Origin: Desulfomonilia bacterium
GTDB taxonomy: Bacteria > Desulfobacterota > Desulfomonilia > UBA1062
Length of the DNA: 59,455 nt
NCBI GenBank assembly: GCA_049975365.1
Contig: JBNGDS010000005.1
Location: 17,541-76,995 of the forward strand
Direction of reading: 5' to 3'
Below the pieces are notes generated by a model. The model was not told the DNA's origin, did not search any database, and saw only the letters and a list, made by a program, of their open reading frames with translations. Below are positions 19,270-31,181 of the stretch, piece after piece. The position numbers and the translations under genes are program-made. Positions within the stretch are counted from its first letter, which is position 1; every line of letters starts with the position of its first letter.

Positions 19270-19375
19270 GGACTCCTTTCAGACTACGTACATCTCGTGC
19301 ACGCTCCCTGGTGTATCGTCAGGGTGTCCCTCACGTATAGTAATACGTATCTGCTGCACGCGCCAGAGACATCTT

Positions 19376-21841
19376 TCACTCGATCCTGAGCGCCCTCAGG
19401 CGGAGAGAGTTTACAATCACGGATACCGAACTGAAACTCATGGCTGCTGCAGCGATCATGGGGCTCAACAGGAGTCCGAACACGGGGTAGAGAACACCTG
19501 CAGCCAGCGGCACACACAGGGCGTTGTAAAAGAATGCGAAGAACAGATTCTGCTTGATATTGCGCATGGCAGCCATGCTGAGGACGCGTGCGTTCACGAT
19601 ACCCCTGAGATCACCTTTGACCAGGGTAACCCGGGCACTCTCCATGGCCACATCGGTACCAGTCCCCATCGCGATTCCCACGTGTGCCTGGGCAAGTGCA
19701 GGAGCATCGTTGATGCCGTCTCCCGCCATCGCTACAATTTTTCCCGAGTCCTGCAGGGTTTTCACCTCAAAGGCCTTGTCCTGTGGCAGGATTTCTGCCT
19801 TTACTTCGTCAATCCCAAGCTGTTCAGCCACAAAGCGGGCAGCCGCGGCATTGTCCCCAGTCAGCATCACGATCCTGATACCTGCCTGATGAAGGCGATC
19901 GATTGCGGCAGGGGAAGTCTTCTTGATGGGGTCCGAGACGCTGATGGCACCGGAGACGATGCCGTCTACAGCAATGTACAGGACGCTCTGACCGGAATCC
20001 CGAAGATGCCGTGTGCGTTCTTCAAGATCATCTGGATTCATGTCGAGTTCAGAGAGGAATCGGGCAGTTCCAACAGCGACATGACGTCCATTCACCGTCC
20101 CCGTGACTCCCTTACCTGGGTGTGAGGTAAAATCCTCTGAAGTTGCCAGAGAAACACCACGTGATTCTGCCCCTTGTATGATGGCGCTGGCAAGCGGGTG
20201 TTCACTCCCGCGTTCCAGACTCGCGGCAAGCCCCAGGAGTGTCCGCTCATCCCAATCCGGTGATGAGACGATTTCCGTCAGCTGCGGTTTTCCCTCAGTC
20301 AGCGTCCCGGTCTTGTCGAGAACGAGGGTATCGACTTTCCGCATGGTCTCAATGGCTTCTGCATCCCTGAACAGGACCCCGAGTGTCGCACCCTTCCCTG
20401 TGGCTACCATGATGGACATGGGGGTAGCCAGTCCAAGAGCACACGGGCAGGCAATGATGAGAACGGATACCGCCGCTATGACTGCATAGGCCAACCGCGG
20501 TTCAGGTCCGATCAGTGACCATATAAGAAACGCGATCCCCGAGACCAGGATCACTGCGGGAACAAAATACCCGGAGACTACATCGGCGAGCCTCTGTATA
20601 GGAGCCCTGCTCCTCTGCGCCTCGGAGACCATCTGGACGATCTGGGCGAGGACTGTGTCTGATCCGACCTTTTCGGCCCTCATCAAAAGAGATCCGGTTG
20701 TGTTTACCGTGGCGCCCACCAGCGAAGCGCCGGATGACTTTTCCACAGGGATGGGCTCTCCTGTAATCATTGACTCATCAACGCTGCTTGTCCCTTCCAC
20801 CACGACTCCATCCACCGGGATCTTTTCACCCGGACGTATCCTCAACAGATCACCAGGGCGTACATCCTGGAGAGGCACATCCTCTTCTGATCCATCGGGG
20901 TTTACGTTCCTCGCGTATTTCGGAGCGAGTCCGAGCAGGGATCTGATGGCTTCACCGGTCTTGCTCCTGGCTCTCAGTTCCATGACCTGCCCCAGGAGCA
21001 CAAGGGTTACGATGACGGATGCGGCTTCAAAGTATACCCCTACCAGGCCCTCCGGGTTTCTGAAAGATTCGGGGAAGGCCCAGGGGAAGAGCAGGGCGAT
21101 GGTACTGTAGGTGAAGGAGACTAGGACCCCGAGCCCGATGAGGGTGAACATGTTCAAGCTTCGATGGAGCAGGGACTGCCATGCACGCTCGAGAAGAGGC
21201 CATCCTGCCCAGATCACAACCGGCGTTGCGAGAACCCCTTCAAGGAGAGAAAGAATCCTTCCCGAGAGCAGAGATTCGAGCATTGCGAGCCCGAGCATGT
21301 CCCGCATGGCGATGACAAACACGGGGATGGTGAACACAAGCCCGAACCAGAAGCGTTTCTTCATGTCTTCGTATTCGGGGGAGATCTCCTCTCCGGCGGA
21401 TGGAGAAATCTGCTCCAGGGCCATGCCGCACTTCGGACACGATCCCGGAGTGTCCTGCACGATCTCCGGGTGCATTGGGCATGTCCAGCGAGAACCTCCC
21501 AGGAACAGACCCGGAGATTCACGCTCCAGGGTCATCCCGCACTTTGGGCACGAACCGGATGAGGGGGCATGGACTTCTGGATGCATGGGACAGGTATATG
21601 CTCCAGCGGCGTGGTCTCCAGAGGATGATCCATGCATTCGGCCAAGATAGCGTTCCGGGTGCTTGCGGAATGCCTCCATGCACTGCATGCTGCAGAAATA
21701 ATAGGTCTTTCCCTTGTACTCCAGGGGGTGAAATGCAGTGCTGTCATGTGTTCTCATCGAGCACACCGGATCCACAAATTCAGATCTTTCCTCGGCTGTA
21801 TGACTCTGACAGCACTGATTGGTCTTCTCGGTATCCTCCAT
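19376..21841 (-). CDS. copA: heavy-metal (Cu/Ag-type) translocating P1B-type ATPase with a YHS-like plus 2x CPMHPE...CPKCGM N-terminus
   Basis: CPC motif ([13 protein letters not shown]), [15 protein letters not shown]. Start chosen at the ATG (MEDTEK) preceded by AAGGGAG. The tracked ORF extends to a TTG at 21955. Confidence 0.85.
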   Translation of the reverse strand: MEDTEKTNQCCQSHTAEERSEFVDPVCSMRTHDSTAFHPLEYKGKTYYFCSMQCMEAFRKHPERYLGRMHGSSSGDHAAGAYTCPMHPEVHAPSSGSCPKCGMTLERESPGLFLGGSRWTCPMHPEIVQDTPGSCPKCGMALEQISPSAGEEISPEYEDMKKRFWFGLVFTIPVFVIAMRDMLGLAMLESLLSGRILSLLEGVLATPVVIWAGWPLLERAWQSLLHRSLNMFTLIGLGVLVSFTYSTIALLFPWAFPESFRNPEGLVGVYFEAASVIVTLVLLGQVMELRARSKTGEAIRSLLGLAPKYARNVNPDGSEEDVPLQDVRPGDLLRIRPGEKIPVDGVVVEGTSSVDESMITGEPIPVEKSSGASLVGATVNTTGSLLMRAEKVGSDTVLAQIVQMVSEAQRSRAPIQRLADVVSGYFVPAVILVSGIAFLIWSLIGPEPRLAYAVIAAVSVLIIACPCALGLATPMSIMVATGKGATLGVLFRDAEAIETMRKVDTLVLDKTGTLTEGKPQLTEIVSSPDWDERTLLGLAASLERGSEHPLASAIIQGAESRGVSLATSEDFTSHPGKGVTGTVNGRHVAVGTARFLSELDMNPDDLEERTRHLRDSGQSVLYIAVDGIVSGAISVSDPIKKTSPAAIDRLHQAGIRIVMLTGDNAAAARFVAEQLGIDEVKAEILPQDKAFEVKTLQDSGKIVAMAGDGINDAPALAQAHVGIAMGTGTDVAMESARVTLVKGDLRGIVNARVLSMAAMRNIKQNLFFAFFYNALCVPLAAGVLYPVFGLLLSPMIAAAAMSFSSVSVIVNSLRLRALRIE

Positions 21842-22011
21842 GGCCGCTCCCTTCATCGAGCGTGCGGGTTCTTGGTCCTCTGTTTTGCTGCGTGTGTCAT
21901 GCTCTCTGCCAGAATCCGCGTTCTGTCTTACCGTGATACATAATGTCAGGTGCAAGAGATATCAAGGAACCAGGAGGTTCCCGTCCCATCCAGGGGAGTG
22001 GAGAACGCGGA

Positions 22012-24426
22012 TCAGGAGGGTGAAAAGATGGTTTCCACCTTGATGAGGTCCTCTGGGCCAAAAATTCCGTCTGAACACTGGTTCAGGATCAACAGCGGTG
22101 ATACAGTCCTGCCCTGGCAGAACGCAATGGTGAGAGACCTCTCATCCCAGGAAACCAGAAAATCTGACGCCTTTAGAGGCATTCCCTCTTTCAGGATCGT
22201 GGTGTCGGGTTCAACGACAAGACGAAAGGGCTTCTTCACGACATACACGTATGCCTTCACCGGCTTCAAAGATTCCTGTCTGCAGGAAAAGACCTGTGCG
22301 CCGTTCGGGAGGTGGGCATTCAGCCTCTTCATGAGGGGATCGGGATCGTATTCCTGTCTGAATTCAACCTGGAAGTATTCGCTCTTCGAGGGGATTCCAA
22401 ATGTCGTCGGGGGGGTAAGGCTGAGCTTCATGATAGGGCTGAACCCCTTTGAATACACTACGTCGAGCTCTGCCCGACGGAGTGAGCGTTTGATCATTTC
22501 AGAGAATTCCCTCGGGGAGATGAATCGTATCTCATCCTGCTTGGTAATTCCTAGAACATACGAAACCGCACACTGCCCAGGGTGCTCGGTGAAGAGCAGA
22601 ACAGGTTCTTGATCACCGCGGATGATGTTTTTCAGGTCATTGCCACACACCCCGCATCCTGTACACCCTGCATCCCTGCAGTCCTGTGTGGACTGGCCGG
22701 CGTATGCACGAGATCGCTCGCTCAGGAGGAACTCCCTGTCGAGAGTCATGTCTATGAATTCCCAGGGCAATTCTTGCCCGGTGTCCCGTGGAGCGAGGTA
22801 TGATGCCGGGTCTATACCCCGTGCTTCGAAGGCCTTTTCCCATGCGTGGCTATCGAAGCTGTCACCCCACCCATCGAGGTAGGCACCGAGTGTCTCTGCT
22901 GCCTCGATCACTTCTGAGAGCCTGCTGTCACCACGGGCAAAGACCCCCTCCAGGAATGACAGCTTGGGTTCATGCCACTTGAGGGAAAGATTCCTCTGTC
23001 TGAGATGCTTCTGGAGGAAAGAAAGGATCTGGCGGTGTCGGTCCATGGATATCTGCCCTTCCCACTGAAACGGGGTGAACGGCTTCGGGATAAAGGCCGA
23101 GATGCTGATGGTGATCTTCCCCCGGAAAATCTTCTGGAGAGCTCGTGACAGGGAGTCGATGGCGGCCACGTCTGTGTCCGTCTCCAGTGGCAGGCCCACC
23201 ATGAAATACAGTTTCATGGATCTCCAGCCGAGATCCCTGATGATCTCCGCACTTCTGAACAGGTCCTCCTCGGTGTTTCCCTTGTTGATGACAGTCCGGA
23301 GATGTTCAGTTGCAGCTTCCGGTGCCATTGTGAAGCCGGGCTTCCGTACAGAGGCGACGATTTTCGCCACCTTCTGGGTAATCCCTTCCACCCGGAGCGA
23401 GGGGATTCCCACGGAAACCTCTCTGCTCGGACAGTGGATGGATTCAATCAGACTGTTGAGATAGGACAAGTCCGTCATGGACAATGCAAGCATGGCAAGG
23501 GTGTCATATCCTGTCGACGTGAGGCCGTCCCGGTACGATTCCACCACAGAAGAGAAAGAACGCTCCCTGTACGGGCGGTAGATCATTCCGGCCTGGCAGA
23601 ACCTGCACCCCCTCGTGCACCCCCGTGCAACTTCAACGCCTACACGGTCGTGGATAATGGAAATGTTGGGAACTACCGGGCTCCGGGGAAAGGGGTACCT
23701 GTCTAGATCATCGAGGATTCGCCGAACGGGCTGGGTTGTGCCCCCTGGTCTGTAGACCCCCTCAATCCTGCTCATGGCTGCGATACGCTCGTTCCTGTCA
23801 GGTGTCTCCAGGCAGATGCTGGCCATTTCCCGGACCACGTCCTCCCCATCACCGATGACAACGAAGTCAATGAAGTCGAGTACAGGCAAGGGATTGACAC
23901 AGCAGGTTCCGCCGGCGATCACGATGGGGTCTTTTTCGCTCCGTTCGTTCGCATGGACAGGGATACCGGAGAGCTTGAGCATCCGCACCAGTGATGTGTA
24001 GGAGAGTTCATAGAGAAGCGAAAAACCCAGAACATCGAAGTCCCTGACAGGACGTTTCTCTTCGAGGCTGAACAGCGGAATCTTTCGCAACTGCATCTCT
24101 CGAGCCATATCATGCCAGGGGGCAAACACCCTCTGCGCCCACACGGACGGAATTGTGTTCAAAATGTTGTAGAGGATCTTGATGCCCGCATGGGACATGC
24201 CGATTTCATAGACATCAGGAAACGCGAGGGCAAAACGAACCCTCACGTCAGAGGGATTCTTGACGACCTGATTGACTTCACCACCGATGTATCTGCCAGG
24301 CCTGATAACAGAACTGAAGAGCCGAACATCATCCTCTGTCAAGATTTCTTCTTCCCCTTTTCCTGTTTCTGTGAGGGGCCATTTCCCAGGATACACGGCA
24401 CCTTTCCTCTGTAGGATGCGCCGCAC
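22012..24426 (-). CDS. B12-binding-type radical SAM protein fused to a DUF2344-like C-terminal domain (TIGR03960/TIGR03936-like)
   Basis: CTRGCRFCQAG (CxxxCxxC). N-terminal RPGRYIGGE motif. ~800 aa with a long C-terminal extension. Confidence 0.8.
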   Translation of the reverse strand: MRRILQRKGAVYPGKWPLTETGKGEEEILTEDDVRLFSSVIRPGRYIGGEVNQVVKNPSDVRVRFALAFPDVYEIGMSHAGIKILYNILNTIPSVWAQRVFAPWHDMAREMQLRKIPLFSLEEKRPVRDFDVLGFSLLYELSYTSLVRMLKLSGIPVHANERSEKDPIVIAGGTCCVNPLPVLDFIDFVVIGDGEDVVREMASICLETPDRNERIAAMSRIEGVYRPGGTTQPVRRILDDLDRYPFPRSPVVPNISIIHDRVGVEVARGCTRGCRFCQAGMIYRPYRERSFSSVVESYRDGLTSTGYDTLAMLALSMTDLSYLNSLIESIHCPSREVSVGIPSLRVEGITQKVAKIVASVRKPGFTMAPEAATEHLRTVINKGNTEEDLFRSAEIIRDLGWRSMKLYFMVGLPLETDTDVAAIDSLSRALQKIFRGKITISISAFIPKPFTPFQWEGQISMDRHRQILSFLQKHLRQRNLSLKWHEPKLSFLEGVFARGDSRLSEVIEAAETLGAYLDGWGDSFDSHAWEKAFEARGIDPASYLAPRDTGQELPWEFIDMTLDREFLLSERSRAYAGQSTQDCRDAGCTGCGVCGNDLKNIIRGDQEPVLLFTEHPGQCAVSYVLGITKQDEIRFISPREFSEMIKRSLRRAELDVVYSKGFSPIMKLSLTPPTTFGIPSKSEYFQVEFRQEYDPDPLMKRLNAHLPNGAQVFSCRQESLKPVKAYVYVVKKPFRLVVEPDTTILKEGMPLKASDFLVSWDERSLTIAFCQGRTVSPLLILNQCSDGIFGPEDLIKVETIFSPS

Positions 24427-24567
24427 CCTCTGAACGGTTCACGTCCCGCCGGCCCATGGGTAGAAGAGGCTACCTTTTCCAGGCAGGTTCGTCAATTCCA
24501 TCATTGCAGGTTCTTCCTCCTTGCCACTGCCAGAATGTCATGCTAAGTGGATGAAAGAGGAGGGGAT

Positions 24568-25038
24568 ATGTCTGAAGACAAGCTCACCTTGGGGGAATAT
24601 TTCAGGAGAGAGAGAGAAGAGAAGGGTCTCGACCTGAAGGAAATCGAAGAGCGGACAAAGATCCCTGCCCAGACACTGCGCTTTCTGGAAGACGATCAGA
24701 TAGACATGCTCCCCCCGAAGGTGTTTCTCAGGGGATTCCTCCAGGTGATCAGCAGGGAGTTCGACTTCAATGAGGAAGAACTGCTGACTCGTCTTGAAGA
24801 GGTGATCGCTGTAAAGACGGCCTCTGCAAAGCCTTTCCACGATCTGACATATCCACGGGGAAAAAACCTGACTGCACTCATCACCGGCGCGGTGGTGATT
24901 CTGATCCTCGCAATCATAGTCGGCATCACCATGAAACAGTGCAAAGATCCTCAGGAACAGGGAAGCCTTGAGACATACGCCTCCTTCTCTGTGGATGAAG
25001 AGCCTCGATTTTTCAACCAGACCACATTTTTCCTGTAA
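24568..25038 (+). CDS. RodZ-like helix-turn-helix membrane protein
   Basis: N-terminal HTH (LGEYFRREREEKGLDLKEIEERTKIPAQTLRFLE) plus one TM helix. The ATG at 24568 follows AGAGGAGGGG. Confidence 0.7.
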   Translation: MSEDKLTLGEYFRREREEKGLDLKEIEERTKIPAQTLRFLEDDQIDMLPPKVFLRGFLQVISREFDFNEEELLTRLEEVIAVKTASAKPFHDLTYPRGKNLTALITGAVVILILAIIVGITMKQCKDPQEQGSLETYASFSVDEEPRFFNQTTFFL

Positions 25039-25073
25039 AACCTCTGAAAGAGCTATCTGCCAAGGGGGGCGGC

Positions 25074-26414
25074 ATGCCGGTCAAGCCATCCGATGTTAAG
25101 CTACTGAAAGAGTACATCGAAAAGGGATGGGAATTCCATATCATCGATATGCTCTATGATCTCGAGCCGGTGGAGATCGCGGAGCTTATCGAGGCACTGG
25201 ACGAGGAATCCAGAGGCAAGTTCTTTCTGCTCCTTGACGTTGACACCGCTTCAGAGGTCATTGCAGAACTCTCGAGCGAGTCTGTTGAGGATGTCCTCGA
25301 TGATATAACGGACACAGAGCTCGCTAGAATCATAGAAGATATGGATTCGGATGATGCTGCAGATCTTCTGGGAGGTCTTCACACAGAACGGGCAGAACGG
25401 GTTCTTGCAGCCTTGGGCCCCAAGGAATCATCAGAAATCAAGGCGCTGCTCGGTTATCCCGAGGATACAGCGGGCGGGATCATGCAGCGGGAGCTTCTCT
25501 CCGTGCACCCCAACACGACCGTGGATGAAGTGATCGCACAGATCAGACAGCTTCACGAAGAGATCGACAACATCCATTTGGTCTATGTCGTGGACAGCAA
25601 GGGCATCCTCGTGGGGACTGTCCCTTTAGTGAACCTCATCCTCTCGAAACCGGACACTGCAGTTTCCCAGATCATGGATGTGGACCCACTCACCGTCCCT
25701 GTGGCCATGGACCAGGAGGATGCTGCCCGGCTCTTCAAAAAGTACGACAAGGTCGTCATGCCGGTTGTGGATGATGAAGGGGCACTGCTCGGCAGGATCA
25801 CGGTGGATGATATCGTGGACATCATGGACGAGGAGGCCACCGAGGACATGTTCATGATGGCAGGTGCCGAGGAGGACATCCTGAGTTCCTCTATCATGAA
25901 GAACGCGTCCACCAGGATACCATGGCTTTTTGTCTGTTGGCTAGGAGGAGTGCTCACCACGTTCCTCATCAAGGGCTTTGAGTCGACACTTACTCAGCTC
26001 GTGGGTCTTGCCGCGTTCATGCCCATCATCCTGGGAATGGGGGGAAACGTGGCCGCTCAGTCGGTAGCGTTGATCGTGAGGGGGATAGCCACCGGTGTGT
26101 CCACCTCCACGCACTTCTTGGATATCGTGTTCAAGCAGATCGGAGTCGGTATTCTGCTGGGAGCACTATATGGTATCATGCTGGGGGGTATCGCCTTTGT
26201 GCTCTACCCCGGGGATATGAAGATGAGCATCGTCGTTGGGCTTGCGATCCTGAACTCCATGACCTTGGCGGCTTTCCTTGGGACAGCGCTGCCTATCCTC
26301 TTTTACAAATTCGGCAAAGATCCTGCGGTCGCCTCTGCCCCATTTGTCACCACGGCAATGGATCTACTGGGAGTTTTCGCCTATTTTCTCATTGCAGCGG
26401 CCCTTCTCTTCTAA
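25074..26414 (+). CDS. mgtE: magnesium transporter MgtE
   Basis: MgtE N-domain, CBS pair, and a C-terminal 5-TM domain with GGNVAAQS. Confidence 0.9.
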   Translation: MPVKPSDVKLLKEYIEKGWEFHIIDMLYDLEPVEIAELIEALDEESRGKFFLLLDVDTASEVIAELSSESVEDVLDDITDTELARIIEDMDSDDAADLLGGLHTERAERVLAALGPKESSEIKALLGYPEDTAGGIMQRELLSVHPNTTVDEVIAQIRQLHEEIDNIHLVYVVDSKGILVGTVPLVNLILSKPDTAVSQIMDVDPLTVPVAMDQEDAARLFKKYDKVVMPVVDDEGALLGRITVDDIVDIMDEEATEDMFMMAGAEEDILSSSIMKNASTRIPWLFVCWLGGVLTTFLIKGFESTLTQLVGLAAFMPIILGMGGNVAAQSVALIVRGIATGVSTSTHFLDIVFKQIGVGILLGALYGIMLGGIAFVLYPGDMKMSIVVGLAILNSMTLAAFLGTALPILFYKFGKDPAVASAPFVTTAMDLLGVFAYFLIAAALLF

Positions 26415-26421
26415 GGAGCAC

Positions 26422-27123
26422 ATGCCGAGAGTTACCACGGACGCCATCATTATCGGACACATCGACTACCTAGAATCTGACAAGATTATCTGTGCACTCA
26501 CTCGAGATCACGGGATCATCAACGCCATCGCGAGGGGGGCAAAGCGGAGCAAGAAACGCTTTCCGGGAACCCTCGAGCCTTTCTGTGAAGTCGTACTCGA
26601 GCTCTTTTCCCGCAGGGGGATGGATCTCTACCGGATTGAATCTGCCACGTTGCGAACTGCGAACCTCGGCATCCGGGAGGATCTCGCGCTGTTCGCCCAT
26701 GCATCCATCCTGCTGGAGGTGATTCGGGAGCATCTCGGCCCACAGGATCCGAGCCCAGAAGCCTTTGAGTGTCTCAAGGGGGCCCTCACATCCATGGAGA
26801 GCGCCCGGCACTGGTTTTCCGTATGGAGCATTGCCCTCCTCAGCATCCTCAGAACCCTCGGGTATGGAATAGATCTTACAGGACCCATAAAGGAATGTGG
26901 GGACACGCTGTCCCCCTTTTCCAGGCTTTCTCCTGAGGCCTTCGTGTGTCTGGAGAAAGGCATGGCGCTCGATCCCGGGGTGCTCACCAAGCTCTCTGTT
27001 GGCCATTCAGCTCAACGGGAGATCACGAGGTGTCTTCTTCAGGTGTGCACGACAATCTCCGAGAAACCTCTCAAGACCGCGGCCTTCTTGGCAAAGCTGC
27101 TTGACCTCGATATGAACCAGTGA
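26422..27123 (+). CDS. recO: DNA repair protein RecO
   Basis: N-terminal OB-fold-like [16 protein letters not shown]...[14 protein letters not shown] 26422 after AAGGAG. Conserved position upstream of glyQS. Confidence 0.85.
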   Translation: MPRVTTDAIIIGHIDYLESDKIICALTRDHGIINAIARGAKRSKKRFPGTLEPFCEVVLELFSRRGMDLYRIESATLRTANLGIREDLALFAHASILLEVIREHLGPQDPSPEAFECLKGALTSMESARHWFSVWSIALLSILRTLGYGIDLTGPIKECGDTLSPFSRLSPEAFVCLEKGMALDPGVLTKLSVGHSAQREITRCLLQVCTTISEKPLKTAAFLAKLLDLDMNQ

Positions 27124-27998
27124 TACATGAGGGAGCCATGGAATTTCAGGACGTCATCCTCAAATTGCAGGACTATTGGTCACGATACGGGTGCCTGATC
27201 GCTCAGCCATATGACCTCGAAGTGGGGGCCGGGACCTTCAACCCCGCCACCTTTTTGAGGGCGCTGGGGCCTGACCCATGGAACGTGGCATATGTTGAGC
27301 CATCCCGACGGCCTACAGACGGACGGTACGGCGAAAACCCCAACCGGCTGCAGCACTACTACCAATATCAGGTAATCCTGAAGCCCTCTCCCCTTGAAGT
27401 CCAGGAGATTTACCTGGACAGTCTCAGGCATCTGGGAATCAACACCCTGGAGCACGACATCCGTTTCGTGGAGGACGATTGGGAGTCCCCGACCCTTGGG
27501 GCATGGGGCCTGGGTTGGGAGGTATGGCTTGACGGTATGGAGATCACCCAGTTCACGTACTTCCAGCAGGTGGGCGGGTTCGACCTCGATCCGGTGTGCA
27601 CCGAGATCACCTACGGACTCGAACGCATCGCAATGTTTCTTCAGAACGCGAGCTCTGTCTATGACATCCTTTGGAAGGGAGAGGTCACATACGGGTATGT
27701 TCACCATGCAGGAGAGGTCCAGTGGTCGAAGTACAATTTCGAGCACGCCAGTGTCCCGATGCTGCTTGATCTTTTCCGGCTCTATGAGGACGAAGGCAAG
27801 CGTACGGCTCAGATCGGCCTGTGCCTTCCGACTTATGACATGTGCCTCAAGTGCTCCCATCTGTTCAACCTGCTGGATGCGCGCAACGCCATCAGCACGA
27901 CCGAGCGTCAGTCCTATGTCCTGCGAGTGAGGGAACTGGCGAGGCTGTCGGCCAAGCTGTACCTCGATGATATCCAGACAAGGAATCAGGACCCATGA
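27120..27998 (+). CDS. glyQ: glycine--tRNA ligase alpha subunit
   Basis: [48 protein letters not shown]. Start at GTG 27120, or ATG 27138. Confidence 0.95.
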   Translation: MIHEGAMEFQDVILKLQDYWSRYGCLIAQPYDLEVGAGTFNPATFLRALGPDPWNVAYVEPSRRPTDGRYGENPNRLQHYYQYQVILKPSPLEVQEIYLDSLRHLGINTLEHDIRFVEDDWESPTLGAWGLGWEVWLDGMEITQFTYFQQVGGFDLDPVCTEITYGLERIAMFLQNASSVYDILWKGEVTYGYVHHAGEVQWSKYNFEHASVPMLLDLFRLYEDEGKRTAQIGLCLPTYDMCLKCSHLFNLLDARNAISTTERQSYVLRVRELARLSAKLYLDDIQTRNQDP

Positions 27999-30073
27999 GC
28001 ACGAAAGACCTGCTTTTCGAGATCGGCACCGAGGAGATTCCTTCCGGGTTCATTCCACCAGCGCTCAGGTTCATGAAGACCTTTGTAGAAGGGAGACTTT
28101 CCGCCATCAAGATCGAGGGAGGCCCTGTAGAGGTCTTCGGTACCCCGAGGAGACTTGCATTGAGGGTCAGAGGCCTCTCTGAGACGCTCCCTGACACAGT
28201 GGAAACACGGATGGGCCCTCCCAAGAACATCTCCTTCGACACGGAGGGAAATCCCACCAAGGCAGGAATCGGATTTGCTGCCTCAGCGGGGGTGGATATC
28301 TCCGAAGTCGTAATCCAGACAACGCCGAAGGGGGAGTATTTAAGTGTCACCAGGACCATCCCAGGCAAGCCGGCAGTGGACGTTCTCCCGGCCCTTCTGG
28401 AAGAGATGGTCTCTGCCATGCCCTTTCCCAAGACCATGAGGTGGTCGAATCCCGGGGTCCGGTTCGCCCGTCCCGTGCACTGGCTCCTGGCCCTGTTCGG
28501 GGACACGGTCCTCCCGGTGAAATTCGGATCCATCGTTGCATCTGATACGACCTATGGGAACCGGTTCATGTCGCCATCTCCGTTTTCCCTGAACAGCCCA
28601 CAGCAGTATGAGGACCTTCTTGCTGAACACGCTGTGATTGCAGACATTGACACGAGAAAGGCGATGATCTGGAAAGAGATAGAAGACCAGGCACAGGCAA
28701 TCGGCGCTGTGGTGAAGGACAAAGACCTCCTTGACGAAGTTGCGGGATTGCTCGAATTTCCCCACGTGATCGTTGGGTCCTTCAGCGAAGATTTTCTCGC
28801 CCTCCCGCCAGAGGTGCTCGTGACCGTGATGAAGCATCATCAGAGATACTTCCCCCTGTATTCAAATACTGAGAACAATCGTCTCGTTCCGTACTTCTGC
28901 GCTGTGAGCAACGTCGTGCCCACGAACGACAGCACTGTGAGAACAGGATATGAACGAGTGCTCAAGGCCAGGCTCGACGATGCCAGATATTTCTTCACCG
29001 AGGATCTCAAGACCCCCCTTGAGACGTATGCACAGAGACTCGAGAATGTAATCTTTCACAAGGACCTCGGGACATCCGCGGACAAGGTCGCGCGGTTCAC
29101 CGCGGTGGCCATCAGCCTTGCGGAAAAACTTGATCCTGAAAAAAAAGAGATCGTGAAAAAGGTCGCCTCCCTGTGCAAAGGCGATCTCAACAGCCTCATG
29201 GTCTATGAACTACCCGAGCTTCAGGGGATCATGGGGAGGGAATACGCCCTCCGCCAAGGCCACGACAGGGAAACCGCAATAGCCATCCATGAGCACTACC
29301 TGCCGGCCTCTGCTGAAGATGCACTTCCCTCAGGGGTTGTGGGTGACATCGTGGGTATTGCCGACAGGATCGATACCATCTGCGGCTTTTTCGGCATCGG
29401 TATGGTCCCGAGTGGTACCTCAGACCCCTACGCCCTCAGGAGGCAGGCGATTGCCATCGAGAACATCCTCCTGGAGAAGGGGTACCGTATCTCGATCCCG
29501 TGGCTCATCGGCGAGTCCCTCACACACCTCAAACATTCACTGAAGAGACCTGAGGGCGAGGTGAAACAGGATGTGCTCACCTTTTTTGCGAACCGGTTCG
29601 TTTCAATTCTTCAGGCGCGGGGGATCCCTGGAGATACGATCGAGTCCGTAATTGCATCCTTCGATGATCCCCTCGACACGTTCAAGCGCGCTGAGGCAAT
29701 AGAACTGGTGAGAAGGGAGCAGTGGTTCCCCGCCATCTGTGCGGCGAGCAAGCGCGTGGAAAATATCCTCAAGAAAACCGAGGCCGGCAATGAGGTGAAC
29801 CAGGAGCTGTTCTCTCAGGACGAGGAACGGGATCTCTTCCGGGCTTTCCAAGACATAGAAAACTCCTTCATTGTTCGTGCCGGAAAGGGAGACTATGCCT
29901 CTGCCTTGAAGCTGCTCTCAAGCCTCAAGGATCCCATAGACAGGTTTTTCGAGGGGGTTCTGGTTATGAGCGATGACCCAAACGTCAGGAACAACAGAAT
30001 TGCACTCCTGAAATCCCTCATCCAACTGTTCGACAGGGTTGCGAAGTTCTCAAAGATAACACCCCAGCAATGA
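27995..30073 (+). CDS. glyS: glycine--tRNA ligase beta subunit
   Basis: [12 protein letters not shown]-terminus, ~690 aa. 4-nt overlap with glyQ. Confidence 0.95.
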   Translation: MSTKDLLFEIGTEEIPSGFIPPALRFMKTFVEGRLSAIKIEGGPVEVFGTPRRLALRVRGLSETLPDTVETRMGPPKNISFDTEGNPTKAGIGFAASAGVDISEVVIQTTPKGEYLSVTRTIPGKPAVDVLPALLEEMVSAMPFPKTMRWSNPGVRFARPVHWLLALFGDTVLPVKFGSIVASDTTYGNRFMSPSPFSLNSPQQYEDLLAEHAVIADIDTRKAMIWKEIEDQAQAIGAVVKDKDLLDEVAGLLEFPHVIVGSFSEDFLALPPEVLVTVMKHHQRYFPLYSNTENNRLVPYFCAVSNVVPTNDSTVRTGYERVLKARLDDARYFFTEDLKTPLETYAQRLENVIFHKDLGTSADKVARFTAVAISLAEKLDPEKKEIVKKVASLCKGDLNSLMVYELPELQGIMGREYALRQGHDRETAIAIHEHYLPASAEDALPSGVVGDIVGIADRIDTICGFFGIGMVPSGTSDPYALRRQAIAIENILLEKGYRISIPWLIGESLTHLKHSLKRPEGEVKQDVLTFFANRFVSILQARGIPGDTIESVIASFDDPLDTFKRAEAIELVRREQWFPAICAASKRVENILKKTEAGNEVNQELFSQDEERDLFRAFQDIENSFIVRAGKGDYASALKLLSSLKDPIDRFFEGVLVMSDDPNVRNNRIALLKSLIQLFDRVAKFSKITPQQ

Positions 30074-31149
30074 AAAAGGTCTTGCCTGCACACGGAATCA
30101 GAAGGAGACGGGACGAATCCAGCAGGAGAGACATGAGGGATGCCTTCTCCATTGACGTGGATCGCATCCTGCACTCCCAGGCGTACACATCCTACATCGA
30201 CAAGACCCAGGTATTCTATCTCGTGGGTCACCAGGGGATCTCACACCGGGTCATTCATGTCCAGCTGCTCTCCCGCATCGCGCGGACCATTGGGAGAAAG
30301 CTGGGTCTCAACGACGACCTGATCGAAGCGATTGCCATCGGGCATGATATCGGGCATCCTCCCTTCGGCCATGATGGGGAACAGTATTTGAGCGAGCTCT
30401 GCACAGGGGCTGGGATAGGTCCGTTCAAACACAACCTCCAGGCCGTTCAGGCCCTGGAAAAGATAGAAAAAGCAGGATCTGGACTGAACCTGACCCTCCA
30501 GGTGCTCGACGGGATACTCTGTCACAACGGTGAGATGACCGAGCAGTCGATCTCCCCGGAGGAGGGCGCGAGCTTTGACGATCTGGACAGAAAGATCGGG
30601 ATAATCCGGGAAGGCGGCAATCCCGTCCCCATGACCATGGAAGGATGCCTGGTGAGGGTCGCAGACACCATCAGCTATATCGGGAGAGATATCGAGGATG
30701 CCATATCTCTGAAGATCATTGAGAGGGAGGAGATCCCTCAGGACGTGACCGCCGTTCTCGGAGATACCAATGGAAAGATCGTCTATGCACTGGTGGAGGA
30801 TCTGATCGGCCATTCAAATGACGAGGCCATCGTGTATTCCAAGAGAGTATTCTTTGCCCTGAAGAGGCTGAAGACATTCAACTACGAAAAAATCTACCTC
30901 GACACCAGGGTCAAGGCAGAGTCGTCAAAGATCAGGACCATGTACAGACTCGTGTTCGGGAGGCTCGTGGAAGACCACATAGCCTCGAGAAAAGAATCTC
31001 CGGTATACACAGAATTTATCAGCCGGCTTGGCCCCCGGTATGTCCAGGAACATGGCCCATATGAGACTGTGCGGGACTACATCGCAAGCCTGACTGATTC
31101 AGGGTTTCTCCGCCTTTTTCATACCCTGTTCGTGCCCAGGGTCGACTGA
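30070..31149 (+). CDS. HD-domain dGTP-triphosphohydrolase-like protein
   Basis: FSIDVDRILHS, SHRVIHVQLLS, IGHDIGHPPFGHDGE motifs. Confidence 0.85.
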   Translation: MKKVLPAHGIRRRRDESSRRDMRDAFSIDVDRILHSQAYTSYIDKTQVFYLVGHQGISHRVIHVQLLSRIARTIGRKLGLNDDLIEAIAIGHDIGHPPFGHDGEQYLSELCTGAGIGPFKHNLQAVQALEKIEKAGSGLNLTLQVLDGILCHNGEMTEQSISPEEGASFDDLDRKIGIIREGGNPVPMTMEGCLVRVADTISYIGRDIEDAISLKIIEREEIPQDVTAVLGDTNGKIVYALVEDLIGHSNDEAIVYSKRVFFALKRLKTFNYEKIYLDTRVKAESSKIRTMYRLVFGRLVEDHIASRKESPVYTEFISRLGPRYVQEHGPYETVRDYIASLTDSGFLRLFHTLFVPRVD

Positions 31150-31162
31150 ACTGATTGTTTTT

Positions 31163-31179
31163 GCCCATCACCGATGAGC
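31163..31179 (-). promoter_or_regulatory. candidate SECIS-like hairpin 2 (for the C-terminal TGA of the glutaredoxin-like gene)
   Basis: In minus-strand RNA, GCUCAUC-GGU-GAUGGGC starts 11 nt after TGA 31193-31191. One pair is G-U on this strand and would be a C-A mismatch on the other strand. No U-run follows. Confidence 0.45.
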
Positions 31180-31181
31180 CG

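Noticed and set aside
19046-20125. 359-aa plus-strand ORF, together with similar long antisense ORFs (e.g. 9408-10403, 6148-6918, 35690-36580, 36968-37705, 37734-38726, 38627-39793, 41964-42728, 45045-45731, 45551-46156, 48870-49592, 53132-54550, 57092-58003, 58923-59444)
   Set aside because: These are shadow ORFs opposite well-supported genes with clear family motifs. They have Arg/Gly/Pro/His-rich compositions typical of antisense frames in GC-rich DNA.
21842-22011. Possible MerR/CueR-style promoter upstream of the ATPase (TTGCAC-N19-TAAGAC with an ACATTATGT mini-palindrome)
   Set aside because: The -10 element is poor and the dyad is short and imperfect. No MerR-family gene is nearby, and the region may in fact be coding if the TTG 21955 start is real.
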